From a virus, in the UHGV virus genome UHGV-0121717: DNA of 20,903 nucleotides. The stretch is one strand, 5' to 3'. The translations under genes and the position numbers were made by a program. The notes beneath the pieces are model-generated. The model did no database searches and had not been told where the DNA came from. It was given only the letters and a program-made list of their open reading frames with translations. Of the stretch, positions 18,548 through 20,903 are shown in pieces. The number at the start of each line of letters is the position of its first letter. Position 1 is the first letter of the stretch.

Positions 18548-19156
18548 ATGGTGGATAAGGGAAAAGAGATTATTGCAGTACGAAATGCAGCCTACAACGA
18601 ATACGGCGGGATAAACTGTGAGGTGCAGTTTGAAGATGCGGTCAATGAAAAAGGAGAGCCGGTATGGCTGCCGTATACCGCAACGGAAACGGATAATACT
18701 GAACACGGAAAAGCCTTATGGTCTGGTCTGACAGCAGGAACATACGGAAGTGTGACCGCCTTTGTTGCCACGGCTGCAGTACTGGAAGCGGCAAAGGCAG
18801 CGAAACGGGAAGAGATTAATATCTGGCGTGATGTGCAGGAGAATATGGAATACGTGATGGAATTCAACGGAAGGAACTGGGATTACGGCAAGAAGACGTT
18901 GTCCAGGATAAGCACGACACGACTGATGGCAGAGAACAACCGTCTTCCGGAAGGTTTTGCCTGGACAGACGGGGATAATAATGTGGTGCCGGTAACGGCG
19001 GCGGAGATAATTGCGCTGGCAGATGCGACAGAGCAGGCGATGTTTGCGAAAGGTGTGGAGATTAATACACGTCAGCTTCAGATGAAAGCCGAGGTTGAGG
19101 CGCTGACAGAGCTGAAGGCGATCCGCAGTTATGTTATCGGATGGCCTGCAGGCTGA
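18548..19156 (+). CDS. Tail fibre assembly / chaperone-like protein (Tfa-like)
   Basis: 202 aa directly downstream of stf, with GAGGAGG overlapping the stf stop. The C-terminal LPEGFAWTDGDNNVVPVTAAEIIALADA... resembles the C-terminal domain of tail-fibre assembly proteins. Confidence 0.5.
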   Translation: MVDKGKEIIAVRNAAYNEYGGINCEVQFEDAVNEKGEPVWLPYTATETDNTEHGKALWSGLTAGTYGSVTAFVATAAVLEAAKAAKREEINIWRDVQENMEYVMEFNGRNWDYGKKTLSRISTTRLMAENNRLPEGFAWTDGDNNVVPVTAAEIIALADATEQAMFAKGVEINTRQLQMKAEVEALTELKAIRSYVIGWPAG

Positions 19157-19445
19157 GTAAAAAAAACGGGACCACGGCCAGTCCCGGAACCATGAGTTTT
19201 TTAGGGTATTAGTTTATTATCATAATTAGCGTGCTAAGTATGACTTAGTGTAGATAGTTACGAATGCAACCAGATTCTGCCACAGGAAATTCTGCTGTAA
19301 CTGTGATGCTGCTCGTATTTTTGCGGGCGTCAGTATTTTTCAGATTTTCGGAAGTCAATATATTGCCCGTGCGCGGTTACATGCTTCATTCGCGATGCCA
19401 TTTTTTCCGGATATAGCAAGTTCTCTGCATGTTGACGTTTTTTAG

Positions 19446-19694
19446 TCAGTGAATAAACCAGTCGTCCGCTGTTTCCCAGACATCCTGAAGCGTTTCTTGT
19501 ACAAACTCTTGCGCGGATTCTTTATCCACGGCTCTTAAAATAGTGAGTCCATCATTGCTGGCAGATTTAACGATAACATCTACATCGTCATAACGTTTAC
19601 TGATGCGTCGGGTTAATTCTTCCTTTAACGCATCCACAGCACCGGTTGGCATTTTAGTCATTTTTTCTTTGGCTATGCAGATTTCAATACGCAT
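19446..19694 (-). CDS. dinI: DinI-family DNA-damage-inducible protein
   Basis: 82 aa; [11 protein letters not shown]...[14 protein letters not shown] aligns with E. coli DinI (MRIEVTIAK...ETWESADDWF). GAGGG ribosome-binding site; LexA box immediately upstream. Confidence 0.8.
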   Translation of the reverse strand: MRIEICIAKEKMTKMPTGAVDALKEELTRRISKRYDDVDVIVKSASNDGLTILRAVDKESAQEFVQETLQDVWETADDWFIH

Positions 19695-19707
19695 AAAAGT
19701 CCCTCTA

Positions 19708-19755
19708 TACTGTGTTTGTATACAGTATTATTTTTAACTGTATGGATAAACAGTG
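19708..19755 (-). promoter_or_regulatory. Two tandem LexA (SOS) boxes upstream of the dinI-like gene
   Basis: TACTGTGTTTGTATACAGTA (19708-19727) and AACTGTATGGATAAACAGTG (19736-19755) both fit CTGT-N8-ACAG. Centres are 28 bp apart; the second abuts the integrase stop codon. Confidence 0.6.
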
Positions 19756-20853
19756 TCAAGAGGTCTTATTTCTGCTCCTTTGGAGCTCTTCAAAACGATT
19801 ATGTAAAGATTTCGGATACAGTTCGGTATATACCTGCCATAGCACGTTTAATGAACGATGCCCTGTAACCTGGGCGACTTCCTCAATACTAAAACCAGCC
19901 TCAAATAAGCGACTTGCCCCTTCTCTACGCAAATCATGGTATCGCAGATCTTTAATACCTAATTTGCTTCTTACCCTCTGGAATCCCGCAGTAACAGAAG
20001 TGCTGTTATATGGAAAAATGAATTCTGATTTTTTGGGTTGTCGTTGGACGATATCCCAGGCTTCCCCAAGCAAGGCTACTTTCATATGGTTGCCTTCCTT
20101 TTTACGTGGATCTTTCCTGTCTCTTACGAGTATGGATTTTTGTTCCTGATCGAGATCCTCCCATCGTAATCGGCATACTTCACCGATTCGCATACATGAC
20201 CACACAGAAAATTTGAGGATATCAACGAACGGAATTTTTGAGCATTTATGTGTAGATCGTTGTTGAAGACCTTCAATGAGCATGTCCAGTTCATCAGATG
20301 CCGGTCTACGATTACGACGATTTGATTTACCAATTAAACCAAGTTTAAGTAGATATGGACGAGCGGCTTTTGCTGGGTTTGATGTGTAATTAATTCCATA
20401 TACAGGTTTGGCAGCATCCAGAACACTGCCAAGATAACTAACATCGTGGCTAACTGTAGCTGGACCTGCACCAGCGTTGTTTCTTAGCCTGCAATGTTCA
20501 ATTACGTCATTTTCTGTCAGTTCAGATAGTTTGATCGCGGAGATGTCACTATCCATAAGCAGTTCCAGCACATATCTTTTAGTACGGCCTGCTTTACCTC
20601 CGGCATTTGGGTCATTTAAATATTTGCGTAGTAAGTCACGGACTGTAAGTCCGTCAACTGCATTTGATGATGGAATGCCATATAGATCTAATTCCATCAC
20701 TTTCTGTGTGCCCCATGTTTTGGCATGAGCATGTTTAGGGAATGTTTTGCTTTCCCTGTAAGTGATAACACCTTTTTCTTTGATAATCACATTACAGCGA
20801 TAGCGTGGTGTGCCATCGGATTTTAGTCGTTTCTCTATGTTATAGTACGCCAT
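19756..20853 (-). CDS. int: Tyrosine-type site-specific integrase
   Basis: 365 aa; C-terminal catalytic region ...RIGEVCRLRWEDLD...YHDLRREGASRLFEAGFSIEEVAQVTGHRSLNVLWQVYTEL with the R...HxxR...Y signature. GAGG ribosome-binding site. AT-rich relative to the J/stf module. Confidence 0.85.
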   Translation of the reverse strand: MAYYNIEKRLKSDGTPRYRCNVIIKEKGVITYRESKTFPKHAHAKTWGTQKVMELDLYGIPSSNAVDGLTVRDLLRKYLNDPNAGGKAGRTKRYVLELLMDSDISAIKLSELTENDVIEHCRLRNNAGAGPATVSHDVSYLGSVLDAAKPVYGINYTSNPAKAARPYLLKLGLIGKSNRRNRRPASDELDMLIEGLQQRSTHKCSKIPFVDILKFSVWSCMRIGEVCRLRWEDLDQEQKSILVRDRKDPRKKEGNHMKVALLGEAWDIVQRQPKKSEFIFPYNSTSVTAGFQRVRSKLGIKDLRYHDLRREGASRLFEAGFSIEEVAQVTGHRSLNVLWQVYTELYPKSLHNRFEELQRSRNKTS

Positions 20854-20903
20854 TACACGACCTCGTTATTTCGGGTTCCCATAAAGCGTGGGAACCTGTG
20901 CGG

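Larger units (their letters stand above)
1..20903. mobile_element. Defective, mosaic lambda-like prophage with at least two internal deletions
   Basis: Lambda-type cos followed by nu1-A-W-B-C-D-E'..'I-J-lom-stf-tfa in lambda order and orientation; Rz/Rz1 spanins upstream of cos; early-left accessory genes on the opposite strand; integrase genes at both ends. Holin, endolysin, immunity/replication genes, most of E and all tail-shaft genes are absent. Confidence 0.85.

Noticed and set aside
20873-20895. Hairpin GGTTCCCA-TAAAGCG-TGGGAACC at the right window edge, considered as a tRNA T-arm or att site
   Set aside because: The loop does not resemble a T-psi-C loop and no acceptor stem can be built within the window; it lies upstream of the int start and may be an operator, but the window ends before it can be assessed.
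1-20903. Possibility that this is an intact, inducible prophage
   Set aside because: No repressor, N, Q, replication, holin, endolysin, complete major capsid or tail-shaft genes are present in the window, and two genes are visibly truncated at junctions; the element is defective unless complemented.

Overview
This 20.9-kb window is a decayed, mosaic lambda-like prophage from an enterobacterial genome, read here in virion (cos-centred) gene order. Identifications rest on my reading of the translations and on lambda sequences recalled from memory; nothing was searched or computed. Left arm (159-3376, minus strand): a tightly packed early-left accessory operon (AlpA-like regulator, TraR/DksA zinc finger, phage Dam N6-adenine methyltransferase, Gp157-like protein, several small unknowns) ending in a 5'-truncated ssb-like gene. 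At about 3340 this abuts, head to head, a 5'-truncated Rz/Rz1 spanin pair, so the immunity, replication, Q, holin and endolysin genes appear to be deleted. Between Rz and an intact lambda-type cos site (cosN GGGCGGCGACCT at 6027-6038, then three R-like repeats) sits a visibly AT-rich, convergent and 3'-overlapping two-gene cassette (4174-5803). One protein carries a clear PD-(D/E)xK nuclease-like motif; I cannot assign the pair to any characterised system, and it is my best candidate for a novel defence or exclusion module. Right arm: nu1-A-W-B-C-D head genes; E is cut after about 47 codons and joined out of frame to the C-terminal half of I, removing the rest of the capsid gene and all tail-shaft genes. 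J, lom, a collagen-repeat side tail fibre and a Tfa-like gene remain, followed by a dinI-like gene behind two tandem LexA boxes and a tyrosine integrase of different composition. A second integrase remnant lies at the left edge.
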